Assembly: GCF_018977255.1 (NCBI RefSeq) | Contig: NW_024704743.1 | Span: 28,150,001-28,214,000 of the forward strand | Direction: 5' to 3' | DNA: 64,000 bases | From: Callorhinchus milii | Lineage: Eukaryota | Part shown: positions 1 through 13,200 of the stretch, piece after piece | How positions within the stretch are numbered: the stretch's first letter is position 1 | How the letters are laid out: each line of letters begins with the position of its first letter | Notes under the pieces: model-generated | Told to the model about the DNA's origin: nothing | The model's database searches: none | Seen by the model: only the letters and a program-made list of their open reading frames with translations | Translations under genes and position numbers: made by a program

Positions 1-326
1 TATCATAAAAGTCTGACTTGAGGCTGCCATATCTGGACTTCAAACAGCATGGAGATAAGAACAAAAGATCTTTATTTCTGCATAGGTTATCAAGAGCAAA
101 GGCCTATGTGGGCCAATTGATGTAAACATAAAATAGCTGACTTAAGAGACTGTTGTGTTTTATTTACACAGCTTGTCTTCTTACATGTCTACAAGAGATA
201 TAAGTAAACACATACAGCTGTTTTCTTTTTCTGTGAAGCTACAGAGATGTAATTGACCGATGTTAACTCTTGTATTGATTTTAACACTGCTCGTAAAGAC
301 TAAAGTATTTAATCTTTCATAATCAT

Positions 327-351
327 ACACACACACACACACACACACACA
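327..351 (+). repeat. (CA)n microsatellite
   Basis: Directly visible. Confidence 0.9.
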
Positions 352-1099
352 GACATTCAGAATCCTTCATCCATAAAGTGTGGTAATGAGTTGATTATAA
401 TACTGTATATTAGTTGTTTTGGCACCAGAACAGGCGCTTAGAAAGAGCAAACAGAAAATAGAGGAAGAAATTGGATAAAATGGAAGGCAAGGCATTTATT
501 GTTTAGAAAAACATACCAGAGAGGAACCATTTGGTATTAACAGAAACAAAAGTATCTTCAACATTGCAGCCTCTGTTGAAACTTTCTAAGTGCCTCATAC
601 CAGCCACTACACAAATCATCCTCTGTGATAGCAACTGCCACTTATAGCCATCATAGTTATTCCCAACATGAACTTTTGTCCTTCTATATTGCTGGTTTCT
701 CCCAGAAGTCATTGAAGTAATTATAACAATAACATAAAAAACTTACATATAAGCGCCTTTATATAGCACCCCTCATGCAGGGTTGCGTCCCAGAATACTT
801 ATTATCAGGGCACTAAGTGTCAACCATGCCCAATCCCACACAAAATGATACTGATACACTAGTAATGAAGAATTTCCAAATGCACTGCCTGAAATATCAC
901 CTAATCTTTTCCTTTAAGATCATTATGTCTTAAAATTTAAGATCCTGCTGAATTGTGGAAGCTAGTTGCTGCATTTCTTAAAAAGAAACGACTTCCAAAT
1001 TAAGACTCAGTTACTCAATTTTGTTCAATTCTGCTGAAATCTTAGATTGTAAGGCAAGATGTCTTACAGGCTAAATCTAGGTGGAAATTCAAACCAAGA

Positions 1100-4000
1100 G
1101 TTATTAAAGTTAGTTCTGGTCTGTTTTATTTCTTACCAGGATTATCTGAGTCACGTAATGAGCCAACTCCTTAGGCACAGGCAAGAATGTCATCCTGAGC
1201 TGCAGGAACTTCTCAAGAGGAATTTCTGTCAGGTCAACAGAAAATACTTCAAATTAGACCCAAGTGTTGAGCAAAAGCAGTTTTTACACAGATTTTGTGG
1301 CACATCCCTTACTTCAAGTCTGGTGGCCCCCAACGCACACACATTGAAATATTCACATCTACCAGAATGTCTGTCAATAGAGGTCAATAGTTTAACCTGT
1401 TCATTCTGTCACACTCCTTTCTGCCTGAAATGCTTTTGAGAGCGATAGCAGACAACATAAATGGTTACTGAATATCGTCGTCAAGACCTTGTTACTGCAC
1501 AATGCATAATTCCTGCAGAGTTCAGATACAATGAGGTGCATAAACCATTCTTCCTAGTACGATTGAAAGAATATTTAAAACCTTAAAAGGAGACTTCTTT
1601 TGCTTGGGTTAAGGAGTTACATGTTAGTATATTTAGAAAAATGCTACACAATCATTGTTGCAATGTTTTTGGTCAGTCGAGTACTGTTTTTGGTATCTGA
1701 CATGTCTGGAAACATCATGATGCTTAAGAGTTTCCAAATCAAACTGCTGAGATTTCTACATATATGTATGGTTTCCATTTGTTTGGTAAGGAGTATGTAC
1801 TCTCTCCCTAGTGGAATGCACCAATTTACCTTATCCCAAAGAGGTGCACAATGTAAAGCGGAGTGCACAGTGGAGACCTGTAGTGCATTGGTGCTGGCAA
1901 AAAGGGGGCAAGGCAGAGGGATTGAGGCTGAGGGATACAGATTTTCAGGGGTTAGTGGTTGAAAGCCCAGCCATTGATGGTAGACTGAAGCAAACGAGGG
2001 AAGTCCAGAAGTCCAAGCGGCTGAGCGAAGAGAACGAGTAGAGGAGTGGGTTGTAAGCAGGACTGAGAGGTAGGGAAGTATTAATGCATGAAGTAATTTA
2101 TACGTGAGCGTGAGGATTTTGAAATCGATCCTTTATGCAACAGGGAGCCAGTGGACCCTGACAAGAACTGGGGTGATGGGGGTAGAGTTTATTACAGGTG
2201 AGGATACAGACAGCAGAGTTTTGAATCAATTGTATTTTCTGAATGATGGAGCTGGAGAGACTTCAAATTGATAGGAGTACCTACCCATTGGGGTTTAGAC
2301 TTGTAGATTTAACAGGCTCCCACTCAGAATAAACGCTGCCCCCACTAGGTATAGAAAAAGGCTGGAAAATGTTTGTTACATGCTGCCTGCTGTTCTGACT
2401 ACCAAATATGTTGCCAATATTGATCTTCCTGCTCAGCTTTTTTCCACCTCTGTAACATTGGCCTCCTCTGCTGTTACCTCTCCCTTTGACTGCTGAGACC
2501 AAAATCCATACATTCACAATGTTCAGAGAAGATTATGGCAACTCTTTGCCCACCAAACTACCCGCCTCTTCCCTTCACCAGCTGCAGCTGTTTTCCTCAC
2601 CAGAAATCAAACCTGACAAATATGTGTATGCTGCTGTCAATGTAATTCTTCAACTGTAAATTCTTCAAATGTTGAATATACAAATCAATGAACAGCACAG
2701 CAAACAGCATTCAAGGAAGCCATTCACATAGTATGAACATCTTGAATCACTTAACACTAATGTTAGGAAGCAGGGAGAAGGGAAGAGTTAAAGATGACCA
2801 AAAAACATACTTGAAAAGAGATGTTTTCTAATCATTTTACAGGCAGGAGGAAGTTGAGTAGGTTTTGGAAATGAATTTTAAAGTGCATGAATCCAAAAGA
2901 TGAACTCATACAAAACAGTGCAATGATCTAAACTGATTAATTTAAGACATAATGACCGGAGTTTTGATATCAGAAAAGAGAATAGAGGGGATTAGGAGGA
3001 ATAGAGGCGCACGTGGAATATAAACACCAACACGGACTGATTGGGCGAACAGCATGTTTCTGTGTTGTACAATCTATGTAGTTCTAGGTAACGATCCTTG
3101 CATTTGATATTGTGCCTTATCATGCCTTCAAGGCGTCTTAAAGCAGTTCACAGAATATAGCGTGAAGTGTGGTGACTGTATTTTGTGGGCGAAAAGCGGC
3201 AGCCAATTGCGCACAGCGGTGTCCCACAAACAGTCACAATGAACATTGCCAATATATAGAATATATCTATAGCAGGGAGAGGGGAGAGTTAAAGATGTTG
3301 ACCAAAAACATGGCTGTAAAGGGATGTTTTCTAGTGATTCTTCAGGCAGGAGAAAGTGAGGTGAAACGTTTTGGTCTGCTCCAGTTCAAGACTCACTTGG
3401 AAATGTAAACATGTCCTTAATTCTGCAAGTCAAAACTCTCAAGGTGATTCTTAGCTGGACAATCTATTAACATTAGGTTCTTATCTTGGGGTCAATATGA
3501 CTAGGGTTAGGATTAAATCCAAGTCAGTATTAGCCATGAAGGCCATTTTATTTTAAGATTAAAAGGTACACAAAATTGTGGAAATTTAAATGTAATCTTA
3601 ATTTGGAAGCCACTTTTTAAGAACTGTGGATCAACAACATCCGAATTAATTCCAAAATTCTGTGCAGAATGATCTTAAATTTCAAGACAAAATATTTTTA
3701 AAGGCTAAAACTAGGTGGAATTTCAAGCCTTCAAGGCTTCACCCTGCATGCCCCTATTTGGTTACCTACATTTTATGAATGGAGCGTAGCATGCGTTTCT
3801 TAGGGAAATATTGTAAATTATCCTGTTTTGGCCAATTCGGCAGATTTAGCAATCAATTTTCCTTTTTAACTGCCTCAATCAAGGAGTGTAATCTATAGCT
3901 ATTATTGTGTGTGATTTGTTATGTTTGGGGCAATTGATTCTTCTCCTACCTGAGTCCTGTGTGTTTCTCTTATGTTCCTTCAGTGGGTTGTCTTTTTGCT

Positions 4001-7000
4001 TTTTTACATTACAGAGGGTGGCTAGTGGAAAGAAAATGTTCACGAGGCTTGAAAAGGAAGAGCATTGAAGGGGATAGTGAGCAAGTAGGAGTGAAAGGTT
4101 AGATCAGGTGGCTCATGTGAAGCAAAAACACACTAACTCACACTTGATGGGCTGAAAGGCCTGCTTCTGTGATATAATATTCTATAATTTCGAATTTCTT
4201 CAGTCAGTGCCTGAACTGGAGCGTATTGGCAACTCAGCACCACTAAATGCCGCATCAGTATCTGGGTCAGTTATATCTTCGGTCATCTCACAGTAGGACA
4301 TACTGTCTTTTGTCGTCCGGTCATCAGAGTCTGACATGAATTTGACACCACCTCAGGAATGAAGCAGACCAGAGAGCCTTCTTCCTGTCTACGCTGTTCC
4401 AAACCTTCCTTCATTAGAGAGGACTGGATAGTTTCCAGGCTAGCTGCTTGGCTGAGGCCAGTCTGGACAACATCCTAAAATGCCTGTTAGTTCAGCAGGC
4501 ATCACAGACCACAAGCCCATGTGCAAAGCTTTGCATCTTGCAAAGCTGGATTCCATGATAGGACACAATATATGTATATCTTTATATTGATCTGTTTTGA
4601 TTCACCTTCTGGGTCAACAATATTGCTCTTGAAATATAGAACTAAGGGTTGGAAGATGTGACAATCAAAGTAGAATACAACCAGCCTATTGGTAATAATT
4701 ATCACTAGCAATAATTATCAGTGTGTTGGACTCTGTGCTTCTGGCAACGTCCCATTTGAATCAGGTGAACATTGAGTTAAGATAATATTCCACAAACCAG
4801 CTCAGAGATGCTGTGATCAACTGGTCTAATAAATTTTACCAAGTTGGGTCTAGGAGGATGTGGGGGTGTACAAATCTTAACTGGGACACCTATAGGAGTG
4901 GAAAGTCTGACAAGGTGATAATTACCATCAGTGATAATTATAATGTTTAACTCACATTTTTTGCCATTAAATTAAAATTCACGATTTGAGAAGGGCACAC
5001 AGAGGAAAAAATTTAATCATCCTACTATCTTTGCTTCTCCCACATTCCTGAGTCTAGTAAATGACCTCTGTGTCAACTTCAGTCTTCAGTCAATTGTACT
5101 ACTGTGTAAGGTAGAGTGCATGTATTCATTGCAATGTAACCTATAGGTTTTCTGGTACTTGTTTCCATGAGTCTCATCAGCTTTCCTTGAAAACAAATGC
5201 AAACAGTTCCTTTTACAAGGTATCATCTATCTATGCACGTGTTACCTTCAAATTCTGAAAGATGTCCTTGTGTTTGGTTCCTCGACTGTCATTGCTATGT
5301 CATCACATACTATTAAGTGTGTTTCCTGTGGTGGAGATACAGTGGATTGTGTTGATGATAGAAAAAATTTCCACTCTGCTGGTGCTGGTGTTATTGGTGA
5401 ATGTGGCGATGTTCTGGATGGAGCTCAAGCAGTGGTGATGCTGCTCTTTGGATCAGTGACAGGGGGTTCTCATGGAAAAGCTGATGTTCCAGACAGAGAG
5501 GAGCCAGTCACTGATGTGTTCCATTCTTTACCACTGTTATCCTCAATGAACTCATGCAAAAAGACAAATATTAAGTAAAGTTCGGGCAATGTGTTTTCCA
5601 CTGGGATTCAGTCCTGGCAGTAAATCCTGTGTCCTGTATCCATTACAAAGTTTTATTAAAATGCCATAAACTATGCTGTCTTCGGTACCCCCAAGGCAAT
5701 TTGTGCAGATTTAACTTCCTGCACTACATGCTCAATAATTCTAACCCTTTCTCTAGTAAAAGACAATTGAAGACTCCACCAATGGCATCACTATTTGTGA
5801 CCAGAAAGGAGTTGTGGATAGATATTTGACTTTCCCTTCTCTCTGGTATCAAAATGTAACATCATCGTGACTCGCAAATGGCAGAGCAACATTGTTACTA
5901 AACTACCTATCTTTTGATGATGGTAGGACTCATAACATGAAGCTGGATTTTTGTTTCCAATAAAGTATACCTATATCTGTTTAATTGATGAACTCCTCAA
6001 AGATCTCTGCTCTCTGAGGAGCTCATCAATTCAACTGTCACCAGGCTAGATTTACTATTGTATGATCCAATTATGGTCAATGCCAAGCACAAATATGTTA
6101 AAAATAATTGGGGTCATTTAGTTCTTGGTAAGTAGCTAGTTCACCCATAGCTTAACAGCAACAAATCTTGAAGAAGATAAAATGTATACATTTTTGCAGC
6201 TGGAGCACAAGATCATAAGAAAGGTACAGATGAACAAGACCATCCAACCCATTAGATCTCATCCTTCCAGAACACCATTGTATCATCTTCGATTGCCATT
6301 CCACCTATCGTGGGACCTCTTTGAGTAAGACTGACATTTTAATGCTAGCTTAACGGCAGCTTTATTCTCTGAATCCTTGTCTACTAGCAGCTGAGCTGAC
6401 ACTGTCCAAATAGATTTCTTACAATAACTCAATAATTTTCTAATGGAATTCATGTGCAGACTGGTAATTTAGATCTCAGCTTCATCTGTACTATACAATG
6501 AGATCCAAATAATCCAGTGGACCCACCGGAAGCAATGTGGCTGTATTTTCAAAACTCTCTAAATTGTGCTGTGACATATTTTGTAAACCAAACTGTATCT
6601 GTTCACAAATAAGCAAATAATATTTTCATCCTCTTTGTCTGGTGAATTTAACCCCATGAACCAGACGTAAAAGCCATGCCTGCCAACCCTTTGCACCACT
6701 ATAATAATAATAATAATAATAATCCTTGCATTTGATATAGCGCTTTTCACGTCGGGAGAAAGTCCCAAAGCGCTTCACAGAATACACTATAAAGTGAATT
6801 GACTGTATACTTGTGGACGAACGCGGCAGCCAATTGCGCACAGCAATGTCCCACAAACAGTCATAGATTGAAAATGACCAATTTATTATTGTTTTTGGTT
6901 TTGGAGGGATTATTATTAGGCGTGTGGAGTAAGGAAACTTGCCCAAGGTTTCGCCCTGCCTGGAATTGAACTCAGGTCTCTCGCTTACAAAGCGAGTGCT

Positions 7001-10000
7001 CTAACCACTGAACTACATAACTCAGATTATTGTGACCATGGATCCAACTATCCTTCCTTCCTCTCTGAAGCACAACAATGATAAACTACAATACATGGGA
7101 ATGGTTTATAATTTGAACCCTTTCTACCTGCAGATTTATTACCCAAACTCTTAATTAATTTCAAGAATAAACAGACAACCCTGACTGATCTGTGGCATCT
7201 TCTAACTTGTGAAAGAGTTCTTGTAACTCAATATGCCTAGTGCAATACCCTTTTTCTGCAAATAATCAATATACATTAGTGTGAACAAAGGCTTCCAAAA
7301 AGGATTTTCTGCTTCATCATAAATGTGCTTTCTGCATATAAAATAATTTTTCAGCCACAGTTGAACATCGGGCTTTTCAAGCACACTGCCTGAAATTTAT
7401 AACGCACAGCAAGCATTTGCACTTGTTCAATGCTCATAATATTTTATTTAGATCCATATGAGGAGAACTCATATAACAATTAAACAAAGCTAATATTGCC
7501 ACTCAATCTCCTTAAATGACCTGGGGTCACTACCATTTGGGGTGACATTTATAATCCACAGTGACATTTATAATGCAAGATTCTTCTTTGATGATGACTA
7601 TGATGGACCTTTAAGATGAATTTGATCCAGGTCTAATTTGAATCCTTAACACAGCAAACATACACATGCACAATATCATTTACGTAACTGCAGTCTAAAT
7701 AATACTACACAGGAACACATGTCTTTGTCATATGTGCATAAACAAATTGTTAAACATAATGTTAAACTCATTGATTCAGACTAAACATTTCCAAACCATA
7801 ATTCCCTTCACATGGATTTTTCTTCTTATAAGTAGACAGGCATGGAATTAAAGTATAAATAGATTCTAGATTATGTTTCTGGCCAGGATAAGGAAACTGC
7901 AATTAAAGAATGGGTGTTTTAGTTAATAGGAAGCCAATATAATCTCCTATTAATTGGAATGTCCTCTCTCTTTATTTTTATATTATCAATTCTCTGATCT
8001 TTTAGTTACAATCTTTGTTCAAACCCAACATTGAAAAACTATTACAAGCAAACATTTAGACAAGTGAGGCACTATGCGTGAGCTTTCATAATGTAAAACA
8101 AGAGGATTTCCCTGCAATGCCAAACCCAAACTGATTACCTGGAAACACATGTTGCTTGATGGTGATTCCATTCAGAGATCACTTAAAGAAACAATATAAT
8201 GTTAGGGTTATTATACACCAGTTATAATTCGGAATAATTACCAGTTAAAACTGCAGATGCTCTTTTATTCAAATAATGTTCCAATTAGACCTAAAACAGA
8301 ATCTAGGTAACAGAGCAAGCAGACTTAACTGAATGTCTTAAAACAATATGATTTTACTTAACATGTCTGCCTTATACTCAACAATATAAAAGCATAAGAA
8401 TAGAAAAAAGAAAAGGTTATCCAGTAGCCAAGTAACCAATTGAACTGATTGCTAGACCTATTCTATATAGACCTCATCTCAGGATGAGTTGCTTCACCAA
8501 AATAACGCAAGGATTCAAAGAGTCTTATGGAGTTTACAATGTATCTCTTCCAAATTCTTGCAGTTCATCTGCAATGACTACAGGGCATCAATTTACGAGC
8601 AAATGGGGAGGTTAGGATAATTTTGTTCATACACAGAGTAGTTAGAATATAGAATGCCCTGGCAGTTGATGCAAAATCGATATTAGCTTTCAAAAGGGAA
8701 CAAGATAAATACCTAAACATAAGTCATCTACATGGGTATGGGGAAAGGGAAGGTAAGTGGAGCTTAAAGGATTGTTCTTAAAGGAGTCGGCCAAGACACG
8801 AAGAGCCAAATGGCCTTCTTCTGTGCTATAAATCTCTATGGTTCTATCTCAAACATGCCCAGATCCAAGGCTTTGCTCCTCCATAGTCTCTTACTTCTTA
8901 ATATTCTCCACAGGTTCAGCATTCACTGTACTTCATGGTGCTTTACTTCCTAAGATTACAACTCTAGGATAAGAAGAGCATAAGCCTTATTTTACTTAGC
9001 TTTGATTTTCTTGATCTGGAGAAAGGTTAGATGAAGAACGTTTAGTGGGAAGAAGGTTTGGTTGATATTCTGGAAGGATGGGATCAAATGAGCCTTTAAA
9101 TCCAAACCTCTCTCCTGATCCTGATCATCCCAATCCATTATAAACCTCATCAAAACAACAATATTTCAATTACAGTTAATAAAAACTCAGAAAAGGCAGA
9201 CATGTCAGATATATGAATATGTATCCTTCGAGAACTACAATCTCTGAAACACCAGGTTTCGTGGATCATGCAATTGGTGAGGACACGTAAATAAAATGTT
9301 TCACTCAAGTTCCATTGTGATACAAATGCTTAAGTGCTGATACTTATAATGCATTTTGCAAGAAAGCAAAATTCATGTTTGTTTGTAAAAACAAATGAGA
9401 ACTTCACAGCTGTTTACTTAGGGCCTTGCATCATGATATGTGCTTTGTAAATGTTAAATCTGCAGCACCGTTTTACAGCTAACTGTGTCCTCTTATCCCT
9501 GTGCTGATTCTGTACTATGGTGAAAGTGTGGTGAAAGTGTGTCTCCCAGGAAATAAATTACACTTACAGTCATCACTTTAGCCTGGCCTGGTCTGGCATA
9601 ACTTTCAGGGAGATTACTTTGGATGAGATGTTAAATCAGATCCCTGATCTCCTGTTCAGGTGGACATTAAAGATTCCACGGCATTAATTGAAAAGAGAAA
9701 GGAGTTTCTCTCATTGCCCTGACCAACAATGCAACCCCCAAAAATTGGCCATTCATTTCATGGATGTTTCGTGGCATTTGGCTGTGCACAACTGGACTGT
9801 TGCGTTTGCTTCCAAATACACAGTCACTCAACTTTACAGAAAATACTATTAAACATCTTGGTACGTCCTTTCAATTTGAAAGGCACTGCATCAATTATAA
9901 GGATTATTATTCTTAATAGTTTGGCCATCAATAAATGAGCATAGGAATAGAGTTAGCACGAAGGCAAGAGGAAGACGGAGATGGATTGTATGGGTGCTGC

Positions 10001-10215
10001 AGCCGCACTTACAAAATGGAGCAGGTTTGATGAGCTGAATGGACTTTCTTTGCTGCAATAATTTAGATTTCTTATGCTGTAATGTCAATTTACAGTGACT
10101 TCACATCTCACAATGAGTTGCTTCAACCATATCATACCAGGATCTTCAGAGTCTTGTCGAGTTTACAATGTATATATTACATATCATTGCAGTACAAATG
10201 GCATTAAATAATTCA
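1100..10215 (-). pseudogene. Probable highly decayed transglutaminase (TGM1/F13A-like) pseudogene remnants
   Basis: Collinear minus-strand peptide fragments with stops and frameshifts, compared from memory to TGM1/TGM2/F13A. QLIVRC / QLILR*G (10.1, 8.5 kb; LIVRRG). GCLFILEIN (7.16 kb; CLYILD/CLILLDVN). FIGN...IGSLVTMLLCHLR and GGVFN (5.77-5.97 kb; LIGN...VGSVEILLSYLR, AGVFN). RMEHISD..SVWN (5.5 kb; PLEHLNHDSVWN). S*LNVHLI...TLIVT...PEG|gt (4606-4889; AEVNSDLI, TLIVT, PEG). V*QNEQVKLL..PLLTDIL (1313-1435; VGQECEVQIV..NPL). 87-nt GT-AG intron at 1226-1312. EIPLEKFLQLRMTFLPV (<=1225; DIGGNETVTLRQSFVPV). Confidence 0.5.
6701..7017 (-). mobile_element. tRNA-derived DeuSINE, short form
   Basis: A/B-box head, Deu-like gtttgtgggacattgctgtgcgcaattggctgccgcg block, L2-type tail ending AAATGCAAGG(ATT)n. 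Confidence 0.85.
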
Positions 10216-13200
10216 ACAAAGGCTTCTTGCTTTAATAACAACAACAACTTGCACTTACATAGCACCCTCCATGCAGGCTAGTGTCTCAGAGTGCTTAACA
10301 GTGGTGGAGCCTGACTCTGAGCCAGGAGTGGGGTGGCCATAAGCATGGTAGAAGAGGACGGTGTTTAGGCGTTTTTTAGGAGGAGAGAGGGGGCAAGGCG
10401 GAGGGAGTGAGGAGAGTGTTCCAGAGTTTCAAGGCGTAGTGGCTGAAAGCGCGACCTCCGATGAGGGGGCGAAGAGTACGAGGGGTGAGCAGGAGCCCAG
10501 GTGCCAGTCGAGCAGAGGCTCCGGGTGTTGGATTGGGGAGTGAGGAGCTCAGAGAAGTAGGGAGTTGCCAGAGAGTGAATAGAATTTAACACGAGTATAA
10601 GGGAGACAGCGCAGTGGGGGAGGGGGAGCGGGGTGTGGCAGTTATGGCTTAGGTGCCAGAGATCAGGAGGGAAGGAAGTAGAAGGTAGCAGAAAGATAGT
10701 AAAATTTACACTATACTTACCCTACACTGGTGGATTTGACAACCCAGTGAAGCACATGCACACTAACTGAAACTGCAAAGCTCTTAAAGTCATACATTTA
10801 TAAAATAATATAATCCTCACATTTGATATAGTGCCTATAACATTGAAACATTTCAAAGTGCTTCATGTATGTCAACTTGACTCAATTGATAACAGTCTTG
10901 CCTCTGAGTCAGATAGTTGTGGGTTGATCAGGACTTTGAACTCATAGTCTAGACGGACACTCCAGTCGAGTACTTGGAAAGATATAATTGGTTTCTTCAT
11001 TTAATAATTGTTTGTTGGATATTGTCTTGGGCAAGTTGACTGCCACATCTGCCCATGAATATACATTTACTGCATTTTACAGTATATCCTGTGAAGAGCT
11101 TTGAGACGTCCTGCCAACATGAAAGTGCTATATTAAATGCAACATTTATTATTCACTAATTACTATTTGATGTAATGACTGTGGATTTGTAGGCAATTTA
11201 CTGTTACTGCATAAGACATTAATCTAATAAACATCAGTCAAATACCAAACTGTTCAATCTGATGGATCTCAATACACACATTTTGAATAATGCAGCCTAT
11301 TAGACAGTAATTATTTGGGACTAAAGCTACTTGCCAGTGACACATTTGCTTGATTGACACAGCTTTAAAATCCTCATAATATGTGGAAGCCATATTTTTT
11401 CAGTTAAAATTTTCAGCCCAGTAACTCATTGGTATTATATTTGCCAGGTTAAGAAGGCTTATATTTGCCAGGTTAGGTCAGGAAGGGTCACCACCCCCCA
11501 TCCCCCAGCTTGGAGTCAGGCTCTACCACTGTTAAGTGCTCTGTATGGAAGGTGCTGTATAAGTGCAAGTTGTTCTTGTTGTTGTTGACAAATATAGAAA
11601 TCAAAATTAAGTCTGCATCCCCGTTACCGGCATTTAGCAGTGTGCTGGTGAGGTTACGTTTGATTTATACATTTGTAATATTGTTATGGTGTGGTGAGTC
11701 ATGAAAAGCTGTAAATATAAGCTAGTGCTTTGACAGATTGAGAAGCATAATGCTTTTGGGGCTGCGTTTGTCTCGTATGTATTCCTTCAATGTTATTGTT
11801 ATATATATTGTGCAAACAAGCAAACCTAAAATCAGAGAAACTATAATAAATAATAATCCTTGCATTTGACATAGCACTAAGAGGAAGAATCTAAGTTTTC
11901 ACTGTGCTTGTAATAGTCTTCGTTAATTCTACATTCACACACAACACCAACTTGCATTAAATAGCATCCTTCACAAAGGACAACACCTCAGAGGACTTCA
12001 CAAAAGCAAGGTTGGACGATAAACATGGGAGAGGGGTAGGGGACCTACTGTAGGTGCGATCAAAGAGGTAGGTTTTAAGGTGGGATTTAAAGATAGATAA
12101 AGAGGGGGTTAGGCGGAGGGACAGAAGCAGGATGTTCCAGAGGTTAGGGGCGTAAGTGACTCAGGGTACGGCCACCAATGGTGGTGAGGAGGGGACAAAG
12201 GACACATATCACAATTGGATACGTAAGAGAAATTAATTCTGGATCCACACTGATTTATACCATTTGTTGATGCCTTGTGTTGTTACTTCCTGTTTTTTAT
12301 AAAAGTTATACTCCCAAAAATCCAAATCACAGTCACATTATTTTAAGTATGTTGTACCATCCTTGTGATAAAATTCAATACATCCTACTGGGGTACTAAT
12401 TACAGTACTTGTCCCCTGTCAGGAGGGCCCAAGGCAGCTTACTGAAACCTAATTGGTTGTAAATTATTCAGTCCATGACTTTATTTAATAAAACAGTAAG
12501 TGTGCTTTCTGAATTTATTTTATAAAGCAAATGGCATTGTTGTTTGAATTTTCAACTAGTTTAAACGAGATCAATAATCTAAGATTATTTGGTTATTAAC
12601 TTATCTACACACTTTCAAAAGCTATTAATGTTTATGTTGAACTAATGGTCCTTGCCTGCTACACAGTTATGCTTTAAAGGGGGTGAAACTAATAATATTT
12701 CATAGCGTGTTCCCTGTCACTTGTAATTTTAAAGCAAGCGAATGGTAACATGTATTATGAAATGGTACAAATTTCACTCCAATATGCTTGGGGTCAACAC
12801 TAGGCCACAAATTATCTACAGTTTGGCAGATTGCTCAATCGCCTATTTCTTTGCTCTTTTACTCCCAGCCTCCTTTCCTGAAATTGTTGACTTTTGCTAG
12901 GATATGGCTCCACAGGTAACAGTCATCCTCTGGCATCTCGCTCAATAAATAGTGACATGCTCTTTATGGCTTAAACCCAAGAGGGGGGAGGCAATCACAA
13001 CCAGTCTAAATCCTGTTCTTGCCTGACAGTCACACACATGGATAGTAATCAGAAGCATGAATGCTGGTGATTATTTCCTTTCCAAGGTCCAGGCACCAAA
13101 GCCAATTGTAGCATCCTTACTACTTCCCTGGATGAGATCAGCTAACTATGCACAGACCTGCAATCAAACCCACAGCCATCTGGTGTTTTGTGGAAGGTAA

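Noticed and set aside
4195..4500. Possible further pseudo-exon (MSDSDDRTTK...EDITD)
   Set aside because: Ambiguous. Its end resembles sequence at about 3377-3405, so it may be repeat-derived; not counted as evidence.
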